From the NCBI GenBank assembly GCA_963663765.2, contig CAXXUA010000002.1:96001-160000 (forward strand): DNA of 64,000 bases, read 5' to 3'. The position numbers were made by a program, and so were the translations under genes. Origin of the DNA: Candidatus Poribacteria bacterium. GTDB lineage: Bacteria; Poribacteria; WGA-4E; WGA-3G. The notes below the pieces were generated by a model. The model had not been told where the DNA came from, ran no database searches, and saw only the letters and a list, made by a program, of their open reading frames with translations. Of the stretch, positions 22,074 to 32,206 are shown one piece after another; position 1 is the first letter of the stretch, and each line of letters starts with the position of its first letter.

Positions 22074-22796
22074 AAGTTTGTAAAGTTTTTTGCAGACAAA
22101 ATTGCAGATTACGTTGATAAGACAGGAACCTACCGTATTTTGTCTGAATCACAGAGGACACAAAAAACGCGGAATGTGTTTTTTATGCTTCATTTCCCCT
22201 CCTGGTAGGAGCGACATCCTGGTCGCGACTTATGCCTCATTTCCCCTCCTGGTAGGAGCGACCTCCTGGTCGCGACTTATACCTCATTTCCCCTCCTGGT
22301 AGGAGCGACATCCTGGTCGCGACTTATGCCTCATTTCCCCTCCTGGTAGGAGTGACCTCCTGGTCGCGACTTATGCCTCATTTCCCCTCCTGGTAGGAGC
22401 GACATCCTGGTCGCGACTTATGCCTCATTTCCCCTCCTGGTAGGAGCGACATCCTGGTCGCGACTTATGCCTCATTTCCCCTCCTGGTAGGAGCGACATC
22501 CTGGTCGCGACTTATGCCTCATTTCCCCTCCTGGTAGGAGCGACATCCTGGTCGCGACTTATGCCTCATTTCCCCTCCTGGTAGGAGCGACATCCTGGTC
22601 GCGACTTATGCCTCATTTCCCCTCCTGGTAGGAGCGACCTCCTGGTCGCGACCGTATGGACACTATGAATCAAAACAGTCGTGAGTTGATTGTCATACCT
22701 ACCAACACGAGCAGAAACACCCGATAGGGTAATTTGGAGCACTTGATAATCCTGAAAATCCTGGTTCAGGCAAATACCAAAAAACTTTACACATCC
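22074..22796. mobile_element. Degenerate GGxTGTGTAAAG-family MITE enclosing the tandem REP array
   Basis: Left GTTTGTAAAGTTTTTT and right AAAAAACTTTACACATCC resemble the TIR at 12549; no clear TSD. Confidence 0.5.
22190..22652 (+). repeat. Tandem array of about ten 47-bp REP-containing units
   Basis: Unit TCATTTCCCCTCCTGGTAGGAGCGAC(A/C)TCCTGGTCGCGACTTATGCC at 22190, 22237 ... 22613 (last copy partial); no spacers. Confidence 0.95.
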
Positions 22797-22856
22797 TTTA
22801 TATTGTGAATCCATCCAAAATTATGGTATTCTTTTAAAACATTACTATATTAGGAG

Positions 22857-23612
22857 TTGGAATTAATGAAACCTGTTATAGCAATTACGTGTAAATACCC
22901 TTCAGCGATGCATAACTATATTGATGCTGTCAACGAGTTTGGAGGAAATCCTTATGTCATCGGTTCTTTAGAAAGAACAGTACCCGAACATCTAATTGCA
23001 ATACCTGAGTATTTAAAAAATATAGATGGACTCCTATTACCAGGTGGCGGTGACATCAATCCATGTATTTACTTTCAAGAACGGGATAAATTCATGGATT
23101 GGAATGGGACAGAGATAGAAATGGAGGTTAACAATGAAGTTAGTAGATCACGTGATGCATTAGAATTAAGGCTATGTCAAGAGGCTTTGAAAACCGATAT
23201 ACCTGTTTTCGGTATATGTCGCGGAATACAAGTTATGAATGTTGCTATGGGAGGAAACCTATATCAACATACACCTTTACAAGTTCAAAATCCACTACCG
23301 CACAAAGACGTTGAGACAGGTGATGACACACAACATATAATTGAGATAGATTCTAATAGTAGACTTCGCGAAATCGTTGGGACAAATCATGATCTCGTCA
23401 ACTCATCACATCATCAATCAGTAGACCTAATTGCTAATGAATTTGTCATCACTGCAAGGTCGGAGGATGGTGTAATTGAGGCAATAGAAAATCCATCAAA
23501 AAGGTTTGTGATTGGTGTTCAATACCATCCGGAACGAATGAGAGAGAATGAGAAATTCCTTGAACACAGACGCAAACTCTTTGAAGCATTCATTAGGACA
23601 GCAAAAAGATAA
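22857..23612 (+). CDS. Gamma-glutamyl-gamma-aminobutyrate hydrolase family (peptidase C26, PuuD-like)
   Basis: LLLPGGGDI, GICRGIQVMNVA, VNSSHHQ, GVQYHPE. Confidence 0.9.
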   Translation: MELMKPVIAITCKYPSAMHNYIDAVNEFGGNPYVIGSLERTVPEHLIAIPEYLKNIDGLLLPGGGDINPCIYFQERDKFMDWNGTEIEMEVNNEVSRSRDALELRLCQEALKTDIPVFGICRGIQVMNVAMGGNLYQHTPLQVQNPLPHKDVETGDDTQHIIEIDSNSRLREIVGTNHDLVNSSHHQSVDLIANEFVITARSEDGVIEAIENPSKRFVIGVQYHPERMRENEKFLEHRRKLFEAFIRTAKR

Positions 23613-23632
23613 TCGCATAAACAGATATAATA

Positions 23633-23662
23633 AAGGTCTGGCAACCTACATGACCAGACCTT
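23633..23662. terminator. Hairpin between convergent genes, probable terminator
   Basis: AAGGTCTGG ... CCAGACCTT inverted repeat. Confidence 0.45.
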
Positions 23663-23689
23663 CAAACCATAATGTAAGTACTGGCAAAA

Positions 23690-24631
23690 CTAAAAATTCG
23701 CAAGCAATGAGAAACGGTGGGTTACACCCAATTCACCGAAAGGCACTACAGCATAGTCAACTTGGAATCTTCGCAACGTCAACCCAAACCCCCCTCTGAG
23801 TCCTGAAGTTGCACCTAAATCGTTTCCACCAAATTTATAGATATATCCTGTCCGAAGTTGTAAGATGCTTGCGATAGAATATCCTGCACCGACAGCCATG
23901 GAATTGTCGTTGTCTGTAGGACGAATGAAATCCATCGTTAAAATTGCTGTATCTTTCAAAAGTCTATACGCAGTCCCGATTCTCAATGTAAAAGGTAGTT
24001 CAAACGCGTCCTCAACATACTGTACACGCGGTCCTATATGTTGCGCGTTGATACCGATAGAGAGTGGAAAATCTGAAAAATTATATAATCCACCAAGATC
24101 AAAAGCAATTCCGCTACCACTATCTTCAGCAATCTGTTCTCGCAATACTTTCGCGTTCACTCCTAATGCTAACGTCTCACCGATATTGCGTGCATACGAT
24201 ACAGCTACAGCAAGATCATAAGGACGGAAAATCGCTGTTTCATTCCCTTCTTGATCGCGTCCTTGTATCTCACCAAATGACAAGAAATTCGCACTGGCTC
24301 CGACTGTATTATTTCCTATTGGAAAAGCAATTCCAACAAACTCGTGATTTATTTCTGCAAACCATTCATTATGCATCAGCGCAAGTTGTGGCTTTTGTAG
24401 CGCACCTAAACCGGCAGGATTCCAGAATGATGCGTAAAGGTCGTTAGTTGCAGCCACCTGTGCTTCTCCCATACCCATGGCTTTTGCTCCAACACCTATT
24501 TTCAGAAAGGTCATGGCACGAGTACCTGCGTTCTCATGAATGTCTGAACTGTCTGCAGACACATGAGTGCAAATTAGGATAAGTACGACAATGAAAAAAG
24601 AATGTAATGTAAGGTTTGTATAGGGGTTCAT
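23690..24631 (-). CDS. PorV/PorQ-like outer-membrane beta-barrel protein
   Basis: Signal peptide, FLKIGVGAKAMGMG, FWNPAGL, DYAVVPFGELGVTHRFSL, terminal Phe. Confidence 0.8.
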   Translation of the reverse strand: MNPYTNLTLHSFFIVVLILICTHVSADSSDIHENAGTRAMTFLKIGVGAKAMGMGEAQVAATNDLYASFWNPAGLGALQKPQLALMHNEWFAEINHEFVGIAFPIGNNTVGASANFLSFGEIQGRDQEGNETAIFRPYDLAVAVSYARNIGETLALGVNAKVLREQIAEDSGSGIAFDLGGLYNFSDFPLSIGINAQHIGPRVQYVEDAFELPFTLRIGTAYRLLKDTAILTMDFIRPTDNDNSMAVGAGYSIASILQLRTGYIYKFGGNDLGATSGLRGGFGLTLRRFQVDYAVVPFGELGVTHRFSLLANF

Positions 24632-24792
24632 AAATGTTTCTTTTTCTGTTTATTTATCTATTTCTTTGGATAACAGATGTATTGATATAAAAACTATTTT
24701 TCTATTTGCGTTGAATATAGTATCATATCAGACTGCAAAATTCAAGGCGAATTAATATGTTACGTATGTACATATTCTCTTATGTTTTCACC

Positions 24793-24821
24793 TTGAAAAA
24801 TTAAGTTAATTATCCTATAAT
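24793..24821 (+). promoter_or_regulatory. Sigma70 promoter
   Basis: TTGAAA-17 bp-TATAAT upstream of the nucleotidyltransferase gene. Confidence 0.5.
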
Positions 24822-24878
24822 TCACCATAGGCTTGCATGTATCAATTATATGTTACAACCCTAATAGGAGAAACAATC

Positions 24879-26753
24879 GTGTGTTCTCAAGATGCGGTAG
24901 ATCAACAATTCTATGAAGCAGTCGATTCACTTGTTAATAGGATACAGGAAGATCCGAATATCATTGCTGCCATGGTTGCTGGTAGTTTCTCTTATGCACA
25001 GGTGTGGGAAAAGTCAGATTTAGATGTTGAAATTATAGGGAAAGACGGAATTCGTCCAACGAATTCATTCTTCTCACTTGTAGAAAATGGCGTGAATATT
25101 CATGCAAGTTTGACACCGCGTAGTTCATTTAAGCAGTCAATAGAACGTGCTCAACAGGGATCATTCATGCATTCCTATTTCTCACACAGCACACTCTTAT
25201 TTTCTAAGGATGATTCAATTGAGGAATGGTATGATAAGAACGCAAGTCGGGATAGCATCGGTGAACGTGATAAGCAGCTGCAAGTGTTAAACGTGATTGC
25301 TGAGACACTACCAACGCTTGTTTATGCAGAGAAACAGTTTTATATCAATAATGATATACAAATAGCATTCTTGGCTCTTCTGACTGTTGTGGAAGGATTA
25401 GCTCGAATAGAAGTACTACTAAACAACGAAATCCCTGCGCGTGAAGTCATCCAACCCGCACTCAAATACAATCCGAAATTCTTCAAACACGTTTATACCG
25501 ATCTCATCAACTGCGAGAAGACTGAAGTAGCGATACAAGATGCAATTGATGCTATCAATGATTACATAGATGAACGTCAGTATATTTTTCAACCGATACT
25601 GGATTACCTTACAGAACAGAAAGGGGCGCGGTCTAATTCAGAGATGAACGCATTTTTTCATTCAAAATTTCGGGATGCTTCGGTTGATACGATCTGTCAA
25701 TGGTTGGCTTGGAAAGGGATCATCCAACAGGTTTCTGCACCAATGAAACTGACTGTAAAGAGTCAAATTGCCATTGAAGAACCAGCTTATTTATATGATA
25801 AGTCTGAACCAGAAATACACACACCACGTTTAAAATCTGAAATTCACTCTGATATTGAAATTGCAGTAGAAAGTTTTACAGACACTATTGTGGGGGATCG
25901 TTATGTCGTTGCAGCAATTCTAACAAGCAATTTAGCAGAGGACAACGTGTGGGAAAAGACAAATGTATATATTACATTGATCATGAGAGATGGAACAAAG
26001 TTTCATCAAAGAGAATGTCAACTCATTGAAGAGGGTATACCTATTCGTGTACGACTATATACACGAAGTGATTATAAGAGTCTGTTGGAAAGAAATCTAC
26101 AGGGGAGTTTTTTCCACTATACACTCTCACAAGGTGAAATCCTATTTACAAAAGATCCAACGATTAAGGAACTTCATAAAGACCTTGATGTCATTGGTGA
26201 TCGTGATAGACAATCCCAATTGTTCAACGCTGCAAGCAGTGTAACAACGGTGCTTGCGAAAGCAGAAAAATGGTTCTATGTTAAGAAGGATTATGATTAT
26301 ACGTTTTACTATCTAATGTATGCAGTGAGAGAATTAGCGCGTATTGAAGCATTTAGACATGGTGAGGTCCCCAAACGAAACGCGATCTATCAAGCACTCA
26401 AGCACAATCCGAAGTTTTTTAATGCTATCTTTACAGATATTCTGAATATTCCCAAAGATGAGAAGGTACTTGGGGAAGTTTTAGACCAGATAGACACATA
26501 CTTAGAAGAAAATGTGACTACATTCTTTAAACCGTTACTTGATTTTTTGGAAGATTCTGGTGGGGAGTGTTCTCTATCGGATATATATGATCATTTTGGA
26601 CATCGTCAATTATGGATTGTAATGGCATGTGAATGGCTTGCTCAGAAGGAAATCCTTGAGCAATTTGCATCACCAATCAGCTTAACTAAGGACAGTAAAA
26701 TTTCTGTAGAGGAACCCTCATATTTCTATGATGTAGAGAATCCGTTTCTATAA
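24879..26753 (+). CDS. Tandem two-module nucleotidyltransferase-domain protein
   Basis: Two homologous halves of about 300 aa; the first has AGSFS...WEKSDLD (pol-beta GS..DxD); AGGAG RBS before GTG 24879 (ORF track start 24837). Confidence 0.75.
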   Translation: MCSQDAVDQQFYEAVDSLVNRIQEDPNIIAAMVAGSFSYAQVWEKSDLDVEIIGKDGIRPTNSFFSLVENGVNIHASLTPRSSFKQSIERAQQGSFMHSYFSHSTLLFSKDDSIEEWYDKNASRDSIGERDKQLQVLNVIAETLPTLVYAEKQFYINNDIQIAFLALLTVVEGLARIEVLLNNEIPAREVIQPALKYNPKFFKHVYTDLINCEKTEVAIQDAIDAINDYIDERQYIFQPILDYLTEQKGARSNSEMNAFFHSKFRDASVDTICQWLAWKGIIQQVSAPMKLTVKSQIAIEEPAYLYDKSEPEIHTPRLKSEIHSDIEIAVESFTDTIVGDRYVVAAILTSNLAEDNVWEKTNVYITLIMRDGTKFHQRECQLIEEGIPIRVRLYTRSDYKSLLERNLQGSFFHYTLSQGEILFTKDPTIKELHKDLDVIGDRDRQSQLFNAASSVTTVLAKAEKWFYVKKDYDYTFYYLMYAVRELARIEAFRHGEVPKRNAIYQALKHNPKFFNAIFTDILNIPKDEKVLGEVLDQIDTYLEENVTTFFKPLLDFLEDSGGECSLSDIYDHFGHRQLWIVMACEWLAQKEILEQFASPISLTKDSKISVEEPSYFYDVENPFL

Positions 26754-26792
26754 GGAAAATAACTAAATCTGTGTAAAATCAAGGAGCATAAA

Positions 26793-27184
26793 ATGACTGA
26801 GATAGGCGTTAATGAAGCAAATACCCATTTATCAAACCTTCTGAAGCGGGTTGAAAATGGTGAGAGTTTCTCAATTAAAAATAAAGGAAAAGTGGAAGCA
26901 GTCATGGTGCCATCCTCTGATATTGCAAAAATAGATGCAGATGAAGCATACTCAAGATTAATTGAATTGATAACCGAACCTCCTGTTGGCTCGGTTCAAG
27001 AGGTAATGGTGAGAGTTTCTCAATTAAAAATAAAGGAAAAGTGGTAGCAGTCATGGTGCCATCCTCTGATATTGCAAAAATAGATGCAGATGAAGCATAC
27101 TCAAGATTAATTGAATTGATAACCGAACATCCTGTTGGCTCGGTTCAAGAGGTAATGGAATGGAAGAACGAAGGTCACAGATGA
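26793..27184 (+). pseudogene. Phd/YefM-type antitoxin disrupted by a 149-bp internal tandem duplication
   Basis: MTEIGVNEANTHLSNLLKRVENGE...KGKVEA; 26856-27004 is repeated at 27005-27153; the original end EWKNEGHR* is now out of frame. Confidence 0.75.
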
Positions 27185-27608
27185 TAGTAGTTGATTGTTC
27201 AATTCTAATTTCTGGATTGTTACCGGATGAGACAGAAGTCGAAGGAAACTCCTTTTAGATTACCTTAGGGACGGTGTAACTAGAGCTGTTGTCCCTTCGT
27301 TATGTTATCAGGAAATAAGCAATGTGTTACTAATGGCAAATCGGCGCAACCGTATTAGTCGAGAAGCAATGCTGCAATATCTGAATGTTGTCACTATATT
27401 ACCCATTACAATTGATATTGAGGCGGCGACACAAGGCAACACAATGAAAATGGTTTGGGAATTGGCAGATAAGTACGGATTGACAACTTATGATGCAAGT
27501 TACCTTGAACTTGCTATAAGTAGAGATTTTCCTTTAGCAACCTTAGACGCAGATTTGCATAAAGTTGATGCTGAATTAGATATCGCTTATCAAATTCCAA
27601 TCAATTAG
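27181..27608 (+). pseudogene. vapC: VapC/PIN toxin, frameshifted near 27247
   Basis: MIVVDCSILISGLLPDE then a 1-nt frameshift; continues VVPSLCYQEISNVL...LTTYDASYLELA...LATLD. Confidence 0.8.
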
Positions 27609-27673
27609 AACGTGTTCATGATATTCAGAGACGAATTTGTTTGTAAAAAATAAAGTTTTCAAGGAGGAAACAC

Positions 27674-30544
27674 ATGAGACAAACGGTCTCAGTTAAAGGA
27701 GCAAGAGAAAATAACCTACAAAATATAGAATTAGAAATTCCCCGCGATCAACTCGTCGTCGTTACAGGCATTAGTGGTTCAGGAAAATCCTCGTTAGCAT
27801 TTGACACCGTTTATGCTGAGGGACAACGTCGTTTCCTTGAATCCATGTCTACTTATGCAAAAAGGTTTATCACGCAGCTGAAAAAACCAGATGTAGATTT
27901 TATAGATGGGTTGTCACCAGTTGTATCAATAGAACAGAAAACGATTACAATGAACCCCCGCTCCACCGTTGGAACAATGACCGATTTACAAGACTACCTA
28001 CGCATGCTTTTCGCGACAATCGGTGTCTCTCATTGTCCCTATTGTGAGAAAGAAATCCCTATACGCACACACCATCATATATTAGAAAAACTCTTATCTC
28101 TGCCGGATAATTCAGAAGTAGAAATTCATGCACCTGTTTTCAAAATCTATGGTGAAGACTATGAATACCTTTTTGATGAAATTAGGACAAAAGGGTGTAG
28201 ACATGTTCGTATAGATGGAGTAGAACACGACATTAGTGAAGAAATAGAATTAGATCAGGACAAAGTTTATGACATACAGGTAATTGTTGATAAGTTTTTC
28301 ATCAAAAAAGATGTTGACAAGCAAGTTTTGGCTGCACTTGAACATGCGATGTTGGTTGGCGAAGGTTTCATGCGTTTTCATGTGGTACCACCAGATGACG
28401 AAGATGTTGATCTTGACGAGTTTCTCAAGGATTTTGGTTGTTCAGAACACGGTGTGTTGATGTGTCAATTGGGACCTCACCACTTTACCTTTAATGAACC
28501 GACTGGGGCATGTATAACTTGTTCGGGGTTGGGTACTTACCTGCAGGTACATCCGAATTTACTTGTGCCGGACAAAACGAGAAGTATTGCAGAAGGTGCG
28601 TTTGTCAAAGAAGCGTTTAACTACGACCCAGATAGGTGGGATGGGCGGATGATGTATAGTCTTGCTCAACATTATAAAATTGATCTGCATAAGCCTTTTG
28701 CTGATCTTTCTGACGAGATAGTGGATATTGTGTTTTATGGTACGCACGGAGATGAATTCCCACTGTGTCAGGCAGAAGATGCTAAACCGATGCAGAAAAG
28801 ACATATCGGCATGCCTGTTCGTTTTGATGGGATTATCACACGTATTGACAGACGTTATCGGCGATATAGAAAACAGGGAGAAGCTCATTCAGGTATGGAA
28901 GAATACCTGCGAAAAGTGATGGTGGAGCATACCTGTCCGGATTGCCATGGATACAAATTGAAACGGCAAAGGTTACTTGTGACTATAGAAGGAAAGACAA
29001 TCCACGATATCGGTGAATTACATTTTGAGCAGCTGCGTGACTTCCTATCCGGAATATCGCACTTTCCTGAAAAACATCGCGAGGCTGGTGAACGTGTTAT
29101 TAGAGAATTAGTTGAACGCATTGAATTACTGCTTGGAATCGGATTGGACTATCTAAATCTCAATCGTAGGTCTGCTACACTTTCAGGTGGAGAATCACAA
29201 CGGATACGACTATCCACACAGATCGGTTCTGGTTTGATGGGTATGCTTTATGTACTTGATGAACCGAGTATTGGCTTGCATCCCAAAGACAATGTAAAAA
29301 TGATTGAGACTTTGCGGAAACTACGAGACATTGGTAATACCGTGATTGTTGTTGAGCATGATGAAAGTACTATACGGGCTGCGGATCATATTATTGAGAT
29401 GGGACCAGGTCCTGGTGTTCATGGTGGACATGTTGTTATTCAAGGTCCGTTTGAAAAGATCATCAAGAGTAATGAATCGTTGACAGGTCTATTTATGAGT
29501 GGAAAACGTGAGATACCAATGCCATTAGAACGCCGCAAACTAAACGGAAAGTTCTTAAAGGTCACTGGTGCCAGAGAAAACAACCTGAAAAATGTCAATG
29601 TGAATATACCGCTGGGAGTATTTATCTGCATCACAGGTACATCTGGATCAGGAAAAAGCACGTTATTGAATGAAATTATATATAAAAAACTTTACTCTAT
29701 CTATCGCGACAGTCGCACACTTTTCGGGGAACACGATGAGCTTGAAGGACACGAAAACATCAGCGACGTAATTAACATTGACCAATCCCCGATAGGTCGT
29801 TCCCCCCGCTCAAATCCTGCGACGTATATCGGTTTCTACGACAATATCCGAAAACTATTTGCGAGTGCACCTGAAGCACAAGCCCGTGGTTATACTGCAT
29901 CCCGATTCAGCTTTAATGTCAAGGGGGGTAGATGTGATGAGTGTAGTGGAGAAGGAACGATTACAACACAACTTCACTTTATGCCTGATGTTGAAGTGAC
30001 ATGTCCGACTTGTAAAGGGGCACGTTACAATGAGGACACACTTGAGGTTACATACAACGGTAAAAATATATCAGATATTCTTGAGATGTCAATTGAAGAT
30101 GGTGTTGAATTCTTCGTTGACCAACGTCTAATTTGTCACAAGTTAGGTGTCATGAACGAACTTGGTCTCGGCTATCTCAAAATTGGACATCCTGCGCCAA
30201 TACTTTCTGGGGGAGAAGCACAACGGATCAAACTCGCAAATGAGCTAAGTAAGATCAAACGTGGCAAACATAAGCTTTACATACTTGATGAACCGACAAC
30301 GGGATTGCACCTTGCCGACATTCAAAAACTATTGGATAGTATTGGACGACTTGTGGATTCTGGACACACGGTGATAGTAATTGAACATCATTTAGATGTG
30401 ATTAAGACAGCAGATTATGTGATAGACTTGGGGCCCGAGGGTGGCCATAAGGGTGGACAGGTCTTAGCCCAAGGCACACCTGAGGAAATTGCAAAAGTCC
30501 GGAAGTCTTTTACTGGACGTTTTCTCAAAGAACATCTGACATAG
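27674..30544 (+). CDS. uvrA: Excinuclease ABC subunit A homologue
   Basis: Two ABC ATPase modules ([21 protein letters not shown]), Zn fingers, PRSNPATY. Confidence 0.92.
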   Translation: MRQTVSVKGARENNLQNIELEIPRDQLVVVTGISGSGKSSLAFDTVYAEGQRRFLESMSTYAKRFITQLKKPDVDFIDGLSPVVSIEQKTITMNPRSTVGTMTDLQDYLRMLFATIGVSHCPYCEKEIPIRTHHHILEKLLSLPDNSEVEIHAPVFKIYGEDYEYLFDEIRTKGCRHVRIDGVEHDISEEIELDQDKVYDIQVIVDKFFIKKDVDKQVLAALEHAMLVGEGFMRFHVVPPDDEDVDLDEFLKDFGCSEHGVLMCQLGPHHFTFNEPTGACITCSGLGTYLQVHPNLLVPDKTRSIAEGAFVKEAFNYDPDRWDGRMMYSLAQHYKIDLHKPFADLSDEIVDIVFYGTHGDEFPLCQAEDAKPMQKRHIGMPVRFDGIITRIDRRYRRYRKQGEAHSGMEEYLRKVMVEHTCPDCHGYKLKRQRLLVTIEGKTIHDIGELHFEQLRDFLSGISHFPEKHREAGERVIRELVERIELLLGIGLDYLNLNRRSATLSGGESQRIRLSTQIGSGLMGMLYVLDEPSIGLHPKDNVKMIETLRKLRDIGNTVIVVEHDESTIRAADHIIEMGPGPGVHGGHVVIQGPFEKIIKSNESLTGLFMSGKREIPMPLERRKLNGKFLKVTGARENNLKNVNVNIPLGVFICITGTSGSGKSTLLNEIIYKKLYSIYRDSRTLFGEHDELEGHENISDVINIDQSPIGRSPRSNPATYIGFYDNIRKLFASAPEAQARGYTASRFSFNVKGGRCDECSGEGTITTQLHFMPDVEVTCPTCKGARYNEDTLEVTYNGKNISDILEMSIEDGVEFFVDQRLICHKLGVMNELGLGYLKIGHPAPILSGGEAQRIKLANELSKIKRGKHKLYILDEPTTGLHLADIQKLLDSIGRLVDSGHTVIVIEHHLDVIKTADYVIDLGPEGGHKGGQVLAQGTPEEIAKVRKSFTGRFLKEHLT

Positions 30545-30605
30545 TATGGTATTCTGGATGTAACCTAACCATTACTAAACGCTTGATTTTGATGTCTTTT
30601 TCGTT

Positions 30606-30756
30606 TATAGTAAAATCCATAATTACTTATACACGACGGTAGGTTCGGTTTCCTAACCGAACCTGTATAAAACTGGCAGAATACGCGTATGGTATTCTGT
30701 ATTGGTTAGAAACCGAACCTACCAGGGAGTGTAGACATATTTTTGGATTTCACTAT
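30606..30756. mobile_element. TATAGT-ended MITE carrying a REPIN
   Basis: TATAGTAAAATCC / GGATTTCACTATA ends; internal GTAGGTTCGGTTTCCTAACCGAACC ... GGTTAGAAACCGAACCTAC. Confidence 0.7.
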
Positions 30757-30775
30757 ATAATTGGGGTTAACATAA

Positions 30776-31534
30776 CGAGTTGTGCTAAATGACTTTATGT
30801 AAACCATTGTTTCACATAAGCATAACGTTTTGCAGGTGTCCCTCATAGGTTGAAACGATCTTCAGTCCTGATAAAGTTTGACAATCAAAATCGGTAGTTG
30901 AATTCGTAGGGGTTGGGTTCCCCAACCCGTTTGGTTTTTGAGTTTGCGTAGATCATCTGTGGAAACCACGCCCCTACGAATACACAACTTGAACGTCAAA
31001 ACTCATTAGGGACGAAATGTTTATATATCATACCCAACATATATAAAATTACTATAAATATTTAGTTAACTGGCACAAATCAGAATATTGCTCAATTTAC
31101 TTTAACAGGACTTACGCACCCAACGGTAGGCGGGGAATGCCTAAATGGCATTCATACCGTTGATTTGGTGCTTTGTAAGCGCACCGGAAACCTAAAAAAT
31201 GCTGAATATTACATCGTTTTCGTCTTAATTCTTGATTGGATCATGAAAACTGCGTAAGTCCTATTTTAAGTTACTAATTGGTAAAATTGGTAACTTTATC
31301 TTCGGAAAAACCCTGTCATAGACAAGATTCGTGTACAGAAAAAATTACCAATTACCTGAAAGTAGCGACTTGTGCTAAATAACTATTTATTAAAAATTAC
31401 TTCACATAGACAAGAGGATTTAACCGTCCTTCTTTTGCTTTGGATGATCTTTAGTCCCGTAGGGACGAAATGTTTATATACCTACCCAATATATGTGAAT
31501 TTAGTATAAACATTTAGTTAACTTGCACAAGTCG
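30776..31534. mobile_element. Composite of two CGACTTGTGC-ended MITEs (30776-31081, 31366-31534) with nested elements
   Basis: Related copies at both ends; TTAACATAA direct repeat at 30767-30775 and 31535-31543. Confidence 0.7.
31106..31263 (+). mobile_element. CAGGACTTACGCA-TIR MITE with hairpin module insert
   Basis: TIRs CAGGACTTACGCA / TGCGTAAGTCCTA; family also at 39248, 39477, 41765, 42183 and 54132. Confidence 0.85.
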
Positions 31535-31563
31535 TTAACATAATCCTTTTTTTGGGGTATCAG

Positions 31564-31882
31564 ATGAAAAAGTCTAAAGTATTCGTTGGACATCTAATGA
31601 ACGACCAATTACTCGTGAAATCAGTTGCCACTTCAAAAATCTTTTTTCTTGGATAAAATGGTTAGAGACAGAAGAACTTGTTGAGTTTTTGCAGCATTGC
31701 TCAAGATAACAACACAAATTTCTGAAGGTAAAATAGATGCTGAAGTACTTTCGTTATTTCCATGCGAATGGCGTGAAACAGCACTGATTAATTCAGAACC
31801 AGATGTATTAGCAGACATAGTTGAATCACAACAAGAATTAAACTGTGGAGGTGGGAAGGAGTGGGGAGAGATTAAAAAGTAA
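31564..31882 (+). pseudogene. Frameshifted putative antitoxin
   Basis: Fragments WIKWLETEELVEF and EWRETALINSEPDVLADIVESQQEL in different frames, directly upstream of a RelE remnant. Confidence 0.5.
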
Positions 31883-31890
31883 ATTAGACT

Positions 31891-32170
31891 TTGAATTTTC
31901 AACCGTATACACTTGCACCTCTTCCAAGAAAGGTTGAAATTTTATCAGAAGGTTAGATAGGGATACACATTTACGTGTCAATAATGCTTTTGAGTATATC
32001 ATTCATTCACCGTTTCGTTACGAAAATCCTACAACAATCAAACAACTACATGGCAAGATGAAAGGGTTTTATCGGTATCGACTGGGGAATCTCCGTTTCA
32101 TCTATCAAGTCAATATAGATGAACGAAGCATTAGAATTCTACAAATTGACAATAGGGTGATATTTATTAA
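31891..32170 (+). pseudogene. RelE/ParE toxin remnant
   Basis: IKQLHGKMKGFYRYRLGNLRFIYQVN...RILQIDNR(GDIY) with frameshifts near 31940 and 32156. Confidence 0.7.
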
Positions 32171-32206
32171 CTTAATTGCTGTAATATTTTTGCGATAAAA
32201 TATACT

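Noticed and set aside
22190-22652. Possible CRISPR array
   Set aside because: Units are contiguous and near-identical with no unique spacers, and no cas genes are present
22090-22814. ORFs 22090-22302 and 22566-22814
   Set aside because: They are translations of the repeat array
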